Made by a program: the position numbers and the translations under genes. The notes beneath the pieces are model-generated. The model was given only the letters and a program-made list of their open reading frames with translations. It did not search any database and was not told the DNA's origin. Source: Zancudomyces culisetae HAW-14-8 (Eukaryota > Fungi > Kickxellomycota). Taken from it: a DNA stretch of 64,000 nucleotides. The DNA lies in assembly GCA_052426225.1 (NCBI GenBank), contig JBNJNM010000009.1, forward strand, positions 310,001 to 374,000. Direction: 5' to 3'. Numbering within the stretch: the first letter of the stretch is position 1; the number at the start of each line of letters is the position of its first letter. Of this stretch, positions 23,938 to 36,607 are shown piece after piece.

Positions 23938-24846
23938 TCATACAACATTTTCTTGTTCGATATACTTGTTTGGTATAACCAAAACCTCATAAATCAGATA
24001 TCCTATGATTGCTCCAAAAATCGGTCCAACAATCGGAATCCAAAAATAGTAGTTGGAAGCCGAAAAAACCTGCGTTCCATACCCAGCAGCAAGCGTGAAC
24101 AACCTTGGACCAAAATCACGTGCTGGGTTTAAAGCAAACCCTGTATTGTTTCCCGCACCTAAAGCAATAACAAAGAGCAGTATACCGAGTTCCATACAAC
24201 CTTGGCTATTTGTTTTGTTGACTCGTTTGTCAGTAAACGATCTCCCAACCAGAACTAGCACCACAGTAAGCAGACATTCAGTCAAAAAGTTTCTAAGCAC
24301 TGTATCTGGTGCTGCGGGATATGTAGCAAATATACCAGCTGTTGCCTTGTCACCTATTACCATTCGTTTTCCGCCATCAAATTGGTATATTTTTGCATAG
24401 AACAGGTAGAAAGTAAGTGCCGCGCCTGAAAACCCACCCAACACCTGACAAAATATGTACCCCAGTACTCTTGCTAGAGGGAAATCGCCCAGAAATCCAT
24501 TTGCTATTGTTACTGCGGGGTTTAAGTGCCCACCAGAAATTCCTGCGGATACATACAATCCCATGGACAGACCAGCACCCCAAGCAAAAGAAATCATTAA
24601 TAGAACCAGGTCGCTGAATTTAGGATCCAGCATTGTAGTTGCTATGGAACATGTTCCTAAAAATACAAAGATAAAGGTTCCAACAAACTCTGCGAGGTAA
24701 ATACCATAATCACGGAACGGTTTTTGAAGGATATATACCAATTGATCCCACATTTTGATATTTCTGGCCCTGATTTCTTCTGCTGTTGCAACTCCCACAC
24801 TGCCACTTGATGAGCCAGTATCATTGATTTCTATCTTTTCTGACAT
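23938..24846 (-). CDS. aquaglyceroporin (MIP family, GlpF/AQP3-7-9-10 type)
   Basis: AEFVGT, ISGGHLNPAVT, TAGIFATYP, ALNPARDFGPR (Asp after the second NPA indicates glycerol type); first ATG at 24846. Confidence 0.95.
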   Translation of the reverse strand: MSEKIEINDTGSSSGSVGVATAEEIRARNIKMWDQLVYILQKPFRDYGIYLAEFVGTFIFVFLGTCSIATTMLDPKFSDLVLLMISFAWGAGLSMGLYVSAGISGGHLNPAVTIANGFLGDFPLARVLGYIFCQVLGGFSGAALTFYLFYAKIYQFDGGKRMVIGDKATAGIFATYPAAPDTVLRNFLTECLLTVVLVLVGRSFTDKRVNKTNSQGCMELGILLFVIALGAGNNTGFALNPARDFGPRLFTLAAGYGTQVFSASNYYFWIPIVGPIFGAIIGYLIYEVLVIPNKYIEQENVV

Positions 24847-26598
24847 TTCTATTATGTATTTTTTGCTCAACCTCTTTTTTGTGTTAAACAATTCTAATTT
24901 TTTGCTGTGGAATAATGTGTATCTCGTGAATTATAAGCCAAAGACGTCTATATGTTAGTAGTGTGCTTTTATTTTTTACGCTTAGAATCTTTTAAGAAAA
25001 ATGGCGAAACTGTAGATGAGCTATCTATTAACTGAACCGCTAGGAAATAAAATCCTTTTTTACTTAGAGCAATAGCAATGACTTGTATAAAGCTGCTTAT
25101 TTATACATTTTTAGACTATACACAACAGTGCTCCCGTTTATTTTGTTTTTTAAATTAAAACTGGTGTGCAAGAGTATTCTGAATATGCGCTCCGAAGACT
25201 ATGTATTTGTGGTTGATACAAAACGTAAATATATTTATCCACTTTGATGTTTATGACCCCCCCCCCCCCCTACATTTGCAGTCATCTTATCAATCTACTG
25301 TTTACACCTACTTTTTTTAAAAAATGTATATCAAGAAAAGTTGTTTGTTTGAGGCACTCTTTGAAATTCCAGCACGCTTTTCAAAGCACAATTCTGGTAG
25401 TAGAAAAAATCGAAATGCAGCAAAGAAAGCGCTTAGAGTCATCAATAAGCACAAAATCGAACAGCTAATTGACAAAATAAACCAATTCGTACATCAAAAA
25501 TACTAGCTATACTAACATGTTTATTTTGAAAAAATTCTACTATTTATTAAGGAAGTTACATATACTAACAATTGTGACCAGCTTGCTAATAAATATGTAT
25601 ACTGCACTTGATACCAACTGTGATATAATATATCAAAATACTACACAAGTACAGTCATGTAAATAAGGTGAATTTGTTGCCTTTGGCTAAAACAGTTTGT
25701 CAGAACATCAAATACGGGTACCATCACGCCTCCATGTTGGTTTTATGATAATAAATATTTGTTTTGCCACAAATACTATACAAAGAACAGATATTTATCA
25801 AGACAAGACTGTTTGATACTATACGAAGGTCTAGGTGAGGTGTAGTGTACAACCAACCAATCCTATAGAAATAACCAGGTTTTTTTATTTTCTTGTAAAC
25901 GGTTTTCTGGGGGCGAATTTTTGATTGCAAAAGGAAGGTTCACTAACTCTGAAATATACTCAGATGATTGATGTGAATGCTTTAAAAGATTTGTTGAGCG
26001 GGCTGGGAAATGAATTTAAAATGAATGTACTTTTGCTTGTTTTCAATTTTTTGAGATCTGACCCAAATAATGTGCTCCACACTCCTTTCCTTCTCTCTCT
26101 ATTATATATACATATATATTATATGGGTTTATGTATACTTTCAATAGTCTTTTCACAGCACTGGTACACATACCTTTCAACTGTATTTTAAGTAAAACAA
26201 CACGGCTCCAGCTAGCATGAAGCTATGTATATCATTAGTAAAGTTCCGAATTGTCCTCAATTAATGGATTTATTTTGTGCTTTAGAGTGCTTTACTTTTA
26301 ACAAGAATCAAATATGCTATCGAGTTTCTGTGCTTTATTTTTGTACTCGGCCAATAAAAAGATAGTTGAATATTTTTGATTTCTGGTTTAAAGTATTCCA
26401 AGAAAAAAAAAAGCTAAAAAAACGAAAAGGCCATGAAAAAAGTCAATTGGCTAAAAAAAAATTTGTAGCTTGAATCTCTAAATTTTATATGTAAAATTTT
26501 AAAGTGGGTAATAATAATAAAACTTGCCAACTCTTTCTTTAGGAAAAAAAACCCAATATACTAAATATATTAGTCATATTATAGATTAGTTTGTAAAG

Positions 26599-27371
26599 AT
26601 GCCCAAGTTCTTGAAGCCAGGAAAGGTAAGCTAATTATGTTTTATTTTTTGTGCGGTTTATAGAGTGACGGAAACCTTCGAAGTGCCGAGCGTATATTCG
26701 TAGATTAGAACTTGATTTATCAAACGTTTGTTTGGATTCAAAACGGAATATACTTGAACAACCGTATTTAACGACGAGTTTCTTTGCGGTGTACTATTCA
26801 ATATACGTGTTTTAGTGAGAATCAATTACTTTTTTTAAAGAAACCTGCAAGAAGTGTGTTTTGGCCCACATGAATGTTATATATCTTGTCTAATTAAACA
26901 GTTGGATTGTAAAACACCGGTTTTATGTGACACTAGTCGAAAATAGTTAACGAAATATCTAACCCGTATTATTTTTAAAAAAATTAGGTCGTTATTATCT
27001 TGCAAGGAAGATACGCCGGAAAGAAGGCCGTAATCATTAAGAACTACGATGAAGGTACAGCTGATCGCCAATACGGATACTGTACCGTTGCCGGTATCGA
27101 ACGTTACCCACTCAAGGTAACCAGATCAATGGGTGTCAAGAAGATTGCCAGACGCTCACGCATCAAGCCATTCATCAAGGTTGTCAACTACAACCACGTT
27201 ATGCCAACCCGTTACGGAATGGAGCTCGAAAAGATCAAGGAATCACTAAACTTGAACATGTTCAAGGACCCAACACAACGTGCCAAGTCCAGAAAGGCCA
27301 TCAAGTCAATCCTCCAGGAACGATACACTGCAGGAAAGAACAAGTGGTTCTTCTCCAAGCTCCGTTTCTAA
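26599..27371 (+). CDS. RPL27: 60S ribosomal protein eL27; exons 26599-26625 and 26988-27371
   Basis: MPKFLKPGK|VVIILQGRYAGKKAV..NYNHVMPTRY..KNKWFFSKLRF; 362-nt GTAAG..TAG intron; strong codon bias. Confidence 0.98.
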
Positions 27372-29342
27372 ACTGTCTTTAAAACAATCAGATAATAGTA
27401 CAATAATTTTTTCCTAAAGTTTGTAAAAATGGCGGACTTGACTTTACATCAATAAAGAGTTTTTTTAGTATACAAGCGCTGCTGAAGTCGCAGTTATAGG
27501 TTCAGATTTATTAAAGTTGAGATCATCTGTCGGAAAGTCTGCGTATTCAGTTTCGATTCTGTGTGGGGGTAGCTACTGGCGGTTTGTACGAATGTGTGAA
27601 AGTTTGGTTAAGAGCTTTGACATCTTCCACTACATGGAAGTTTTTTTTAGTATAGAATGTTATGAACTTGATACATGAATAGAGATGGAGGTGTAGCATT
27701 TTTTGTACGTTTTACACATGGTGCTTAATTTGAATGAGAAAATATTTCTGTACGTGTATGTATTGCCGTGGCTATGATAATGTGCACACTTTCTTTTAAA
27801 CAGTAACATTCTCGGCGTGTGTATATCTGGCTATGCTGCCACTTTGTAGGTTGGTACATCCACGCGTGATGTTTCTCAGCTGGTGATACATGAGTAAATT
27901 TGTGGGGAAGAAAAAGGGGAGGGGGAGGGGGGGTAATAATGTTACATTGGATATGATATCTATAGCTACATAAAAGGGTTTGTTAATAGCATCAAAATTT
28001 TGGAGAGTTTGGGTGGTGGATACAATGGGGGGTGAGTATAGAGCAGTCACCTAATAGTGCACTTTAGCCAAATTCTGACTATCAGATATATATTCCTTAT
28101 TCTTCTTTTTTCTTTGTATTTTATTCCCACAGCATTTGGCTGGTTTTTTATTTTATTTCAGCTGGGCACCAGGATGCCAACCTGTCCGTAACTGTATTAA
28201 AACGAGGTTGCTAGTTGGCAATCTTAATGATTTAAACTTGCTACCAAAGCTTTAACAAACATATGTCCTAGATTAGAAATGGTAGAGAAATGGTGTTTGC
28301 GGGACCTTTTTTTCCTTTACTCAACAACCAAAGAGCAAAATGAGGTAAATGTATTAATATGCAGGGTGGAATTTGCAGTTTGCTTTTTCACCAAAGAATA
28401 ATTAGCACCCAGTTTTCAAATGAAATTCATCCCAATGTTAATTATATAAGTGGCTGTATTAAATGAAATAGCCAATGGTACTACACATGATTTTTTTAGA
28501 GGGGGGTGATTTCTCTTTTTTAAACATCTCAAATGATTTCCTTCCAAAACAATGGTTACTCCAATGATTTGACAACGTAATGTAATCACACAGTTGGCTA
28601 TGAAGAAGCAAAAACGTACTAGCATTTTCAAAATCTTGATATTTTTAGCATTGTCTTGAACTAGAGAAAAAAATCACCGTTATGTTCGATTGTCAACAAA
28701 CAAGCTTTATCACTTATATTAAAGTTGGGGCAGTAAAAGAAAAAAAACCTGGTGGATTTTTGCTGAGCAACCCCAAAAGAGAAGACGAGTAACGAATGCC
28801 CTTTGAAAGCGATAGTTTACAAAGAAAAAAAAAAAAAAGAAATAGTGCAATAGTGTAATAGTGAATATTGCTTAAAATTTCCGGCAATTTTACCAAAGTA
28901 TATCGATTCGCAGGATTGCTCTATTAAAACGTACTTCAAGGCGGTTATATTCCTAATTTATTCGAAATGAGTTTTTGAGATTCTAATTCTATCGCACATC
29001 AGATTTATTAGATACAAAGAACAGGAGCGAAAAGAAAACCTAAAAGAAAATACAAATAGAGAGAAAGATAAACGCGTAACCTATCAGTGAATGCAAGAAA
29101 GTGTGTGGATGTATATACTGTGTTTCAGAGCGAATATTCGAACTGGTGTTATTTAACAAAAGTGAATGTTACGAATTAGATTAAAAGTTCAATATTCAGA
29201 ACAACTTTTTACAAAGACTATAAAGATAAATCAGAACTATCAAATATAAACACAACTTGAAGGTCATCTCTTAAACCTAAAGGATTTAGGACAAGCCATT
29301 TGCAAATATAAACCAGATACCTAAGAAGATTGTGAATTAAAA

Positions 29343-30685
29343 ATGGAATCAAACTACGTTGGTTTGATACTGGCGATTTCATCCAGTTTTTTAATTGGAC
29401 TTAGTTTTGTGCTAACGAAAAAGGGCTTGGATCAAACGAGCACAAAGTACGGCTCGGCGACAAAAAAGCTGGCATATGTAAAGAATTACGTTTGGTGGTT
29501 GGGGATGATTTCGATGGCTTTCGGTGAAGTTTGCAATTTTGCGGCATATTCCTTCGCACCAGCGATTCTTGTGACACCGCTTGGTGCCTTGAGCGTAATT
29601 TTTGGGTAAGTAGTGTTTTTTAACGAAGCGAAAACACATTTACTAAATGATAAATGTCACGTTTTGTAATAGACCTTTTGATATATAACTTTTGACACAT
29701 GTGTCTAACTATATATTATTCTATACATAGGGCAGTGCTTGCGTGGGTATTTCTGGGGGAACAAATATCGATGTTGGGAAAAGTAGGAATTACACTGTGT
29801 TTGTTGGGTTCGCTACAAGTAGTAGTGAACGCTCCTGAAGACCCTGCGGTGCTTACAGCGGATATGATAATAGAATATTCCCTCAAGCCTGGGTTTCTAA
29901 CCTATCTTGTGCTTTCAGTTTTTATCATCGTGGCATTCATTATGTTTTTTGAGCCAATTTATGGCAAAAAAAACCCAGTAGTATATCTAACCATTTGTTC
30001 ATTGGCTGGATCCTTTACTGTTGTCGCGAGTAAAGGTTTGGGAATATCTATAAGACTAACACTGGAGGGAAACAACCAATTCAAATCAATATCAACATAT
30101 GTATTTTTGATGACGGTGGCTGGCTGTATAGTATTACAGTTAAACTATTTTAACAAAGCCTTAGCAAGCTTTAGCTCCAACGTTGTGACACCAACATATT
30201 ATGTATTTTTTACAACTGCGACCATAGCCGCCAACATGCTCCTGTTCCAAGGGTTTTCTGGAACTCCAGCATCTCTTATTTCGATCTTATCTGGTTTTTT
30301 CACTCTTTTCATTGGTGTATTTTTACTAAACAACAACAACAACTGCATAAAGGAAAAGGTCGGCTCAGATCAGCATAATAATTCATACAGTATGTTAGAA
30401 CTCAATTCTGAAAATGCTCGCGTTAGAAGGTCGTTGGTTTTTGAATACCCGGCTAGTAGTACCGATAGTGAAGGAAAAGCAAGCCTTGACGACATGGGTC
30501 ATTCCATCTACAACAAAACGTCCATCTCTACTGGTAAACTTTCTGAGGATAGCCTACGGGACTCGCTCGACAATTCCAAGCCACCTTCGAAAGTTTACCG
30601 AAGGCTCACGTTTGAATATGAGGTTGACCCTCTTAATTCTGATTTCACTACTCCGACATCTAAAACGAGTTTTTCTGAGAAATAG
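29343..30685 (+). CDS. NIPA-family magnesium transporter; intron 29606-29730
   Basis: [69 protein letters not shown]. Confidence 0.95.
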
Positions 30686-31228
30686 TGACTGTAGCTTGTT
30701 CTCTTTTCCATAGCTTTCCTTTATCTGGTTCTGCTATTAATTTTAAGTTTTGTTGTCCTTCTTAGAAATGAACACAAATAAATTAACTTTTACAGTAAGT
30801 ATCTACAATCAGCTTTAATCAACAACACGGGTTATTTATAGTTACAGCATTAAGTGTCTTTTTTGGGTGCTGCTTGGTAAGTAAACTTGCTATGTAATTC
30901 GGCTGTGTGTTCAAAAAAAAAAGTAATGATAAAGATGAAAATGGAAGCTCAACGATAACTAAAACCACTACTGCTACACTCTTTATTTCCTTACTAGACT
31001 TAGAGTGCTTTCTCGAATAGAAAAAAGACCACGAACTCCCCAAAAGACTAGTCCTACCAAAATGAGACAACAGAAATACACATATGATCTTTGACTGAAT
31101 AAATTAGTTTATTATTTTGTGGACAAGCTATTATTGCCGGAAATGAATTATACACTCATTATCGCCCAACATAAAATAAAAATAAAATAGGTGAGTGTCT
31201 AAATGGCTATAACAAGGGCTCTAGGTTA

Positions 31229-32878
31229 TTAAAAGAGTTCTGCTGGGAGTTCGCACATTCCAGGATTGCGAACACACCACAATGGCACGAGTGGTTCAGC
31301 CGCAATTCCACGCAACAACAGTCTTTCTCTGTGTTCTTGGATTCTTGGTGCAGAGTTGTCGAACCCACGTGGTTTTCCTGTTGCTGTGTCGTTACGGCCA
31401 GACCACAATGTTTCACCATAAGCTGCTGCACGTGGCCACAAGTACCTGTCTAGCACAACGGGGTCAGATTGTTCAGACCATAGAGCTACCTCACCGCCAA
31501 GTACCAGTTCTGCAGACGCGGCATCTGTGATGTTGGTAAGTGGGTCGTAGTCGTAGATTCTCATCCAGCTCTTGAATGGGTTGCACCATGAGTTACCCTT
31601 TGGCATGTTTGTGAGGATTGGTCCGTGACCACAGTCAAGGTAGGTATCCATGTATGGTGATGCTACTACTCTGTATCCCTTCTTTACAATGTCAACCACA
31701 GACGTTTGATCAATCCAGGCTTGAATGATAGTATCTTTTGGTACAGTGAAATTGGTGTGCATAAGGGTCTCTTCCCAGCACATTCCAACTTTGTTTCTAT
31801 ATTGCAAGTTCTTGTAGAGGAAGTCATAGTAGTTTTCCAATACTGTCTCAATAGTGGTATTTGTGGAGTTGAGGTGTGTTTGGACAGAGATATCGTTGAG
31901 CCAACACTTTCTATTTACTTCATCACCACCCACATGGAAAACGTTATCAGTAAACAAACCCGAGTATTCTCTGACAACGTTGGCTGTAAAATCGTAAGCT
32001 CCTGGTTTTACAATGTTGAGTTGACCGCTTGGTGGTTGAGCCGCTGTAATATCCCAACGTGGTTGATCATTTAAACAACTCATGATTTCCGGCATTGATT
32101 GCCCGACAATGTAGGTGTGTCCTGGCATATCAAATTCTGGGATAACTCTTACACCTCTTTCCTTGGCATATTGGATAATCTCTGAGACTTGTTCATGCGT
32201 GTAGATCATGGTTGGGCCATAGGCACCCTTGACAAAGAGATCTGGATTGAACTTTGACTCTACAGGCCAGGAGTGTGAATCTACGATATGCCAGTGGAGG
32301 ACGTTCATCTTGGTATATGAGAGTCCATCAATGGTTCTCTTAAGCGAGTCGAGCGGATAGTAGTTTCTTGCTGTATCGAGGGACAAGCCACGGTGCTTGA
32401 AGACTGGAGCGTCACTGATAGTAATTGGTGTGTCCTTTATAATATGTTTTCCATAGTTGTATACGATGAGTTGTGAGAATGTCTCTAGACCTCTTAAGGC
32501 ACCATATACGGTGTTTGCGTTCAGCACACCAGTTCCTTCGGCAATAGTAAGACAGTAACTCTCATCTGTATCCATGGTAAGAGTCTCATCCTGTGAAGCT
32601 ATAGTGATGTTTAGACCGGTCATCTTTGCACTTACCACAAAGTTTGGTGCATTGTAGTCGAGTGGTGGGACAAAATCCTCCTTTTTAATCATATAGAGAT
32701 ATCTGCTGATAGCCTTATCAAGTATACTACAGGAGTGTGATGTAGGAACTATAGCCAAGTGGTCAACATCTATGCTAATGATGGCATTTCCTTTGGTCAT
32801 CTCAGCAGGAACGGGCCATAGGCCGCTTACAAGTGTTTGTAGTGATGCTGCGAAAGCTGCTACAAGTAGTTGCTTCAT
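31229..32878 (-). CDS. secreted beta-N-acetylhexosaminidase (GH20)
   Basis: Signal peptide then LWPVP; HRGLSLDTARNY, MNVLHWHIVDS, VIPEFDMPGH, catalytic FHVGGDEV, GGEVALWSE, LWPRAAA. Confidence 0.97.
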   Translation of the reverse strand: MKQLLVAAFAASLQTLVSGLWPVPAEMTKGNAIISIDVDHLAIVPTSHSCSILDKAISRYLYMIKKEDFVPPLDYNAPNFVVSAKMTGLNITIASQDETLTMDTDESYCLTIAEGTGVLNANTVYGALRGLETFSQLIVYNYGKHIIKDTPITISDAPVFKHRGLSLDTARNYYPLDSLKRTIDGLSYTKMNVLHWHIVDSHSWPVESKFNPDLFVKGAYGPTMIYTHEQVSEIIQYAKERGVRVIPEFDMPGHTYIVGQSMPEIMSCLNDQPRWDITAAQPPSGQLNIVKPGAYDFTANVVREYSGLFTDNVFHVGGDEVNRKCWLNDISVQTHLNSTNTTIETVLENYYDFLYKNLQYRNKVGMCWEETLMHTNFTVPKDTIIQAWIDQTSVVDIVKKGYRVVASPYMDTYLDCGHGPILTNMPKGNSWCNPFKSWMRIYDYDPLTNITDAASAELVLGGEVALWSEQSDPVVLDRYLWPRAAAYGETLWSGRNDTATGKPRGFDNSAPRIQEHRERLLLRGIAAEPLVPLWCVRNPGMCELPAELF

Positions 32879-34087
32879 TTTTAGAAAAGTGTATTATTAG
32901 ATTTGTTTGAGGATAGAACTATTAGCGATTTGTTGCAGTATTTATAGTAAAATGGCTATGCAACTTTTTTCATTTTCACAGTGTACTCTAGTTCATTGTT
33001 TGAGTTTGTTGGTGGTTCTTTTTTGCTAGCAATTTGCTAGATAGTAGATTTTCACTAGCGTAAAATGTACTTATGAAACATGAGTTAATCTACTTGAACT
33101 ATTGAACAGACCATAACATTTCAACATCCCATTACTAATGTTTGTATCTATGACCATAATGAAAAAAATAGTACCCTGGTCAAGTATTTGTTTTGTTACT
33201 GCATAATTCTGTTAGTTTGTTCACTCCATCAAAATGTGGTTTAATTGATTTTGCTGGCAAATTGCAATTATAAATTCAGATTAATTAAATTTAGTCGATA
33301 ATTTTTATCGAGAAGAGATTTTTACGGAAAATTAGCGGGATAAAATTTGTGGTTATGGCTATTTGTCACTTCAATATATAACAACTACTAAAAGCCATGC
33401 TATGTTTAGCGCCCTATCCTTAGTGTTTTCAGAAAACTTTTGTTTGCACTGTTTTGGAAGTTAAAGGCAAATATACGGAAATTAGTGCTAGGGAACGATG
33501 TAATATACGGAATATACAAAATACACAAAATACGCATATATGGACAGACAATAGAATTAGTAAACACAGTGTGTTGAACATATTGGCCATCCAAACTCGA
33601 CTTTCGGTGTTGTGAAGGTTGTGAATAAACACTAGAGTATAAAACAAAACAAATACACAAACTCTAAACCGGTTAAACATGAACCCTGTGACCCTCTTCT
33701 TGTACCTACCCATTTTGGAAAAAATTTAATACTCCTGCCTACTAGCTCCCTTTTTTAAGATGCTTTTAGGTGTTCAAAATTCTGATCCTGGGAAAAAAAA
33801 AGTGGTAAATCAAAGGGCACAACCTTTCTTTATACGCCAAACTCAAATATAAAAGTGCCATTGGATAACCCTGGTTTATGACCTGTTTAGTGTTTATTCT
33901 ACGAAGATTGTACGGGAAACAAATTTTGCAATTTTGGGTAACACAGAGAAATTGCCTATAGCAAAGCCGCCTTCGATTCAAACACCATTAATTTCCATGA
34001 ATTAGCATTACGAAAAACGCAAATATTTATTTTCGACAATTGTTGTAATTAAGTGCTAGAGAAAAAAAAAAGCATATGTTAACCAAC

Positions 34088-35333
34088 AGGAATACAACGA
34101 TATTCTCTCCATGACTATTTTTACATCCAGCTAATAATGTATATCATACTGTTGATGCTTGTATGAGATATATTCACAGTGGAGGGAGGAAGGATCTTGC
34201 CAAATATTAGGAAAATGCAAAGATGATTGGCAAAGTTATTAATGACCTTAACAGTTGTGACTGTATTGGTTTTAAACTTTTAACAAGGTATACTATATTC
34301 CTATTGCTTTAAGTTTTTGACTAGGGCTACACACTTTTCCATGCTTTTAGTACCAACATAAAGTCGTTAAATATACTGAATATCTTGGTATGAATACCAC
34401 TTTTATCTTACATTTGAATAACAAAGTCCAAGCAAGTCATACGTTTTATGGCAAACATGAGCTCCAGAGCAGAATTGTTGAACACCTTATCTCAAATTCA
34501 CCTCTATGCTGCAAAAAGGAATGCATTTTTGCTTATTGAACAAAAATACTCGCTATACCTCCGCAAGTGTTTAGTTAAAAGTACAATTGTTCAATATAGC
34601 GGAAATTTTCTGCGACAAGTTAAGATTGGATGTATGTATCACAGTATTTCAAATATCAATGTATTTGATATTCAGGAGAAAATATCGACTTTATTGTTAT
34701 CTCTTTCCCCAAGATGCTAAGGGCTGAAACATGAATGTGCCCTTCGATCAGCTCCACCCCTTAATTTTTGCAATCCCCGTAAAAGGGCCCATTAACAGGA
34801 ATATCCATGATAGTTAACCATCTCCGCAATAAACCTTTTTTTTTGTAATGCATTTGCTAATTCAGCAATAGCTTTGTAAATTCTGGATAGCAATAATTAC
34901 CAATCCAATAATAGACTAAACTAGTGTCACCTAATCACTTACACAGTACGCCTGTTTTTGGTGGCGAAAAAATTTGTTTTCAAATTTGTGTAGATTTGAA
35001 ATCTGTGTTAATAATTCGGCGTAAAAACTTTTCTTGTAGCTCTGTTGTATATATTAAAAAATCGGATGAAAATATTTACTAAAAGGAGAAAAATAGCCCT
35101 TGAATCAACACCCGGTGGGTTTGAGGCTCCTAGAAGGACGGAGAGGAATCGGTTAGATGGATATTAATGCAGAAATATTTTTATTGCAGTATTGTGTAGT
35201 ATTTATTTTACAAATTCATCGAACAAAAAAAAAGTAGAGTGAGGATAAACCTAGAACAATAACGTTACAATCGGTGGAAATGAGCCGATGTGGAATGAGG
35301 TTATCACTGACCAATACACACTTTTACAAGAAA
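34088..35333 (+). pseudogene. possible highly decayed GH20 hexosaminidase paralog
   Basis: Short colinear peptide resemblances to the neighbouring GH20 gene, interrupted by stops; by-eye only. Confidence 0.2.
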
Positions 35334-36607
35334 GAAGTGGTTAATAGATCATACACAAAAGTAGCGTTTCAAGTTATTTGATCAAAGTGTGTGTAAGCTC
35401 ATCAGGCCCTTATCTTTGGAGGAAAAACCAACAGACATGTACATAAACTATAACATTTGAAAACAAAAAGCATGTACAATTTACGCCTTTTGCTGTCTCT
35501 ATGGTATAACTACCTCCAGCATGGCGTTGGTTTTGGACTTATTCAGTATTATTATTTGCTAAAATTTTTAATTTTTTGTATTTACTTCAAAACACAGTAC
35601 AGTACATTATGATTCTTACTACTTCCTCTTCATCTTCCCCTTCCTTCTCATTAACCTGTACTTTGTAAACTGTATATTTCTTCATTTAAAGGGCATCTAA
35701 TAAATTATTCTGTTTGGATGGTGCATTTATTATAAAGTTTCTTTAATAGGCAAACACAAATATATGCACCTCTCAGTACTTGGAATGACTAGGGATCAAA
35801 ACATTCAAACTATCCGCTTTTTTCAATGAATTAAACTGTAGAAATCGAAAACCTATTCATTTTACACTATTATCTTTTGAAACTCGGTAGGTTGACTTAT
35901 TTGCTCTGCTGAATGATTTTTGAGTATTCTCACAATCACTGAGCACAAGAAAACAGTCGCAAGCCTAAGTGCTTTACCTGCGTAGCCAAATTCACTATAT
36001 TAGCTAGCTTAGCGTAGTCCTTTTTTCTGGATTATCGCTTGATGCTTTTAAATAGCTGCAATTTTGAATGGTTAGGAGTAGTAAATTGTTCCTGGAAAGG
36101 GTTAATGAAACAAACATCAATTATTTTTGTGATGCATTTCTTTCTGAATCAATTTAACGTTCTTTTCTTGGTAAATAGATTTCCCTTATTGGTTAAACAT
36201 AAAATGTGGTATGGTTATACACTATCATATAGATTTCCTAACCAAAACCACCACCCTAAAATTATAAACTCGTTTCACGATTTCGACGAAGACACTTTGT
36301 ATTTAGATACTACTCAACTTTGCTCTATGCCCATTGAAAACTGTTAATTGTTTCAATTAAAAAAGCAAATGTAAATACCACACGAGAACACTAAACGCGG
36401 AAGCCGCTGCAAAAACAAAAAAAAAGTTAAAAAAAAGTTCCTTTCATACTAATATCGGTTCATTATATAAAACCCTTTTCTTTCACTCAACGTTACCAAG
36501 CTGTACACAAAAGCTCATAGATATAGTATCAAAGATTGTCAAAAGAGAAAACCAAAAATATCACAAAAACAGGAGTTGAAGAACCGGAAAAAAAATTAAA
36601 AGACAAA

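Noticed and set aside
27532-28081. GGAAAGTCTGCG matches the eukaryotic RNase P RNA CR-I consensus, with a CR-V-like AATTCTGACTA at 28071
   Set aside because: The two motifs cannot form the P4 helix (GTCTG needs CAGAC) and no P1 was found; an Infernal RNase P search would settle it
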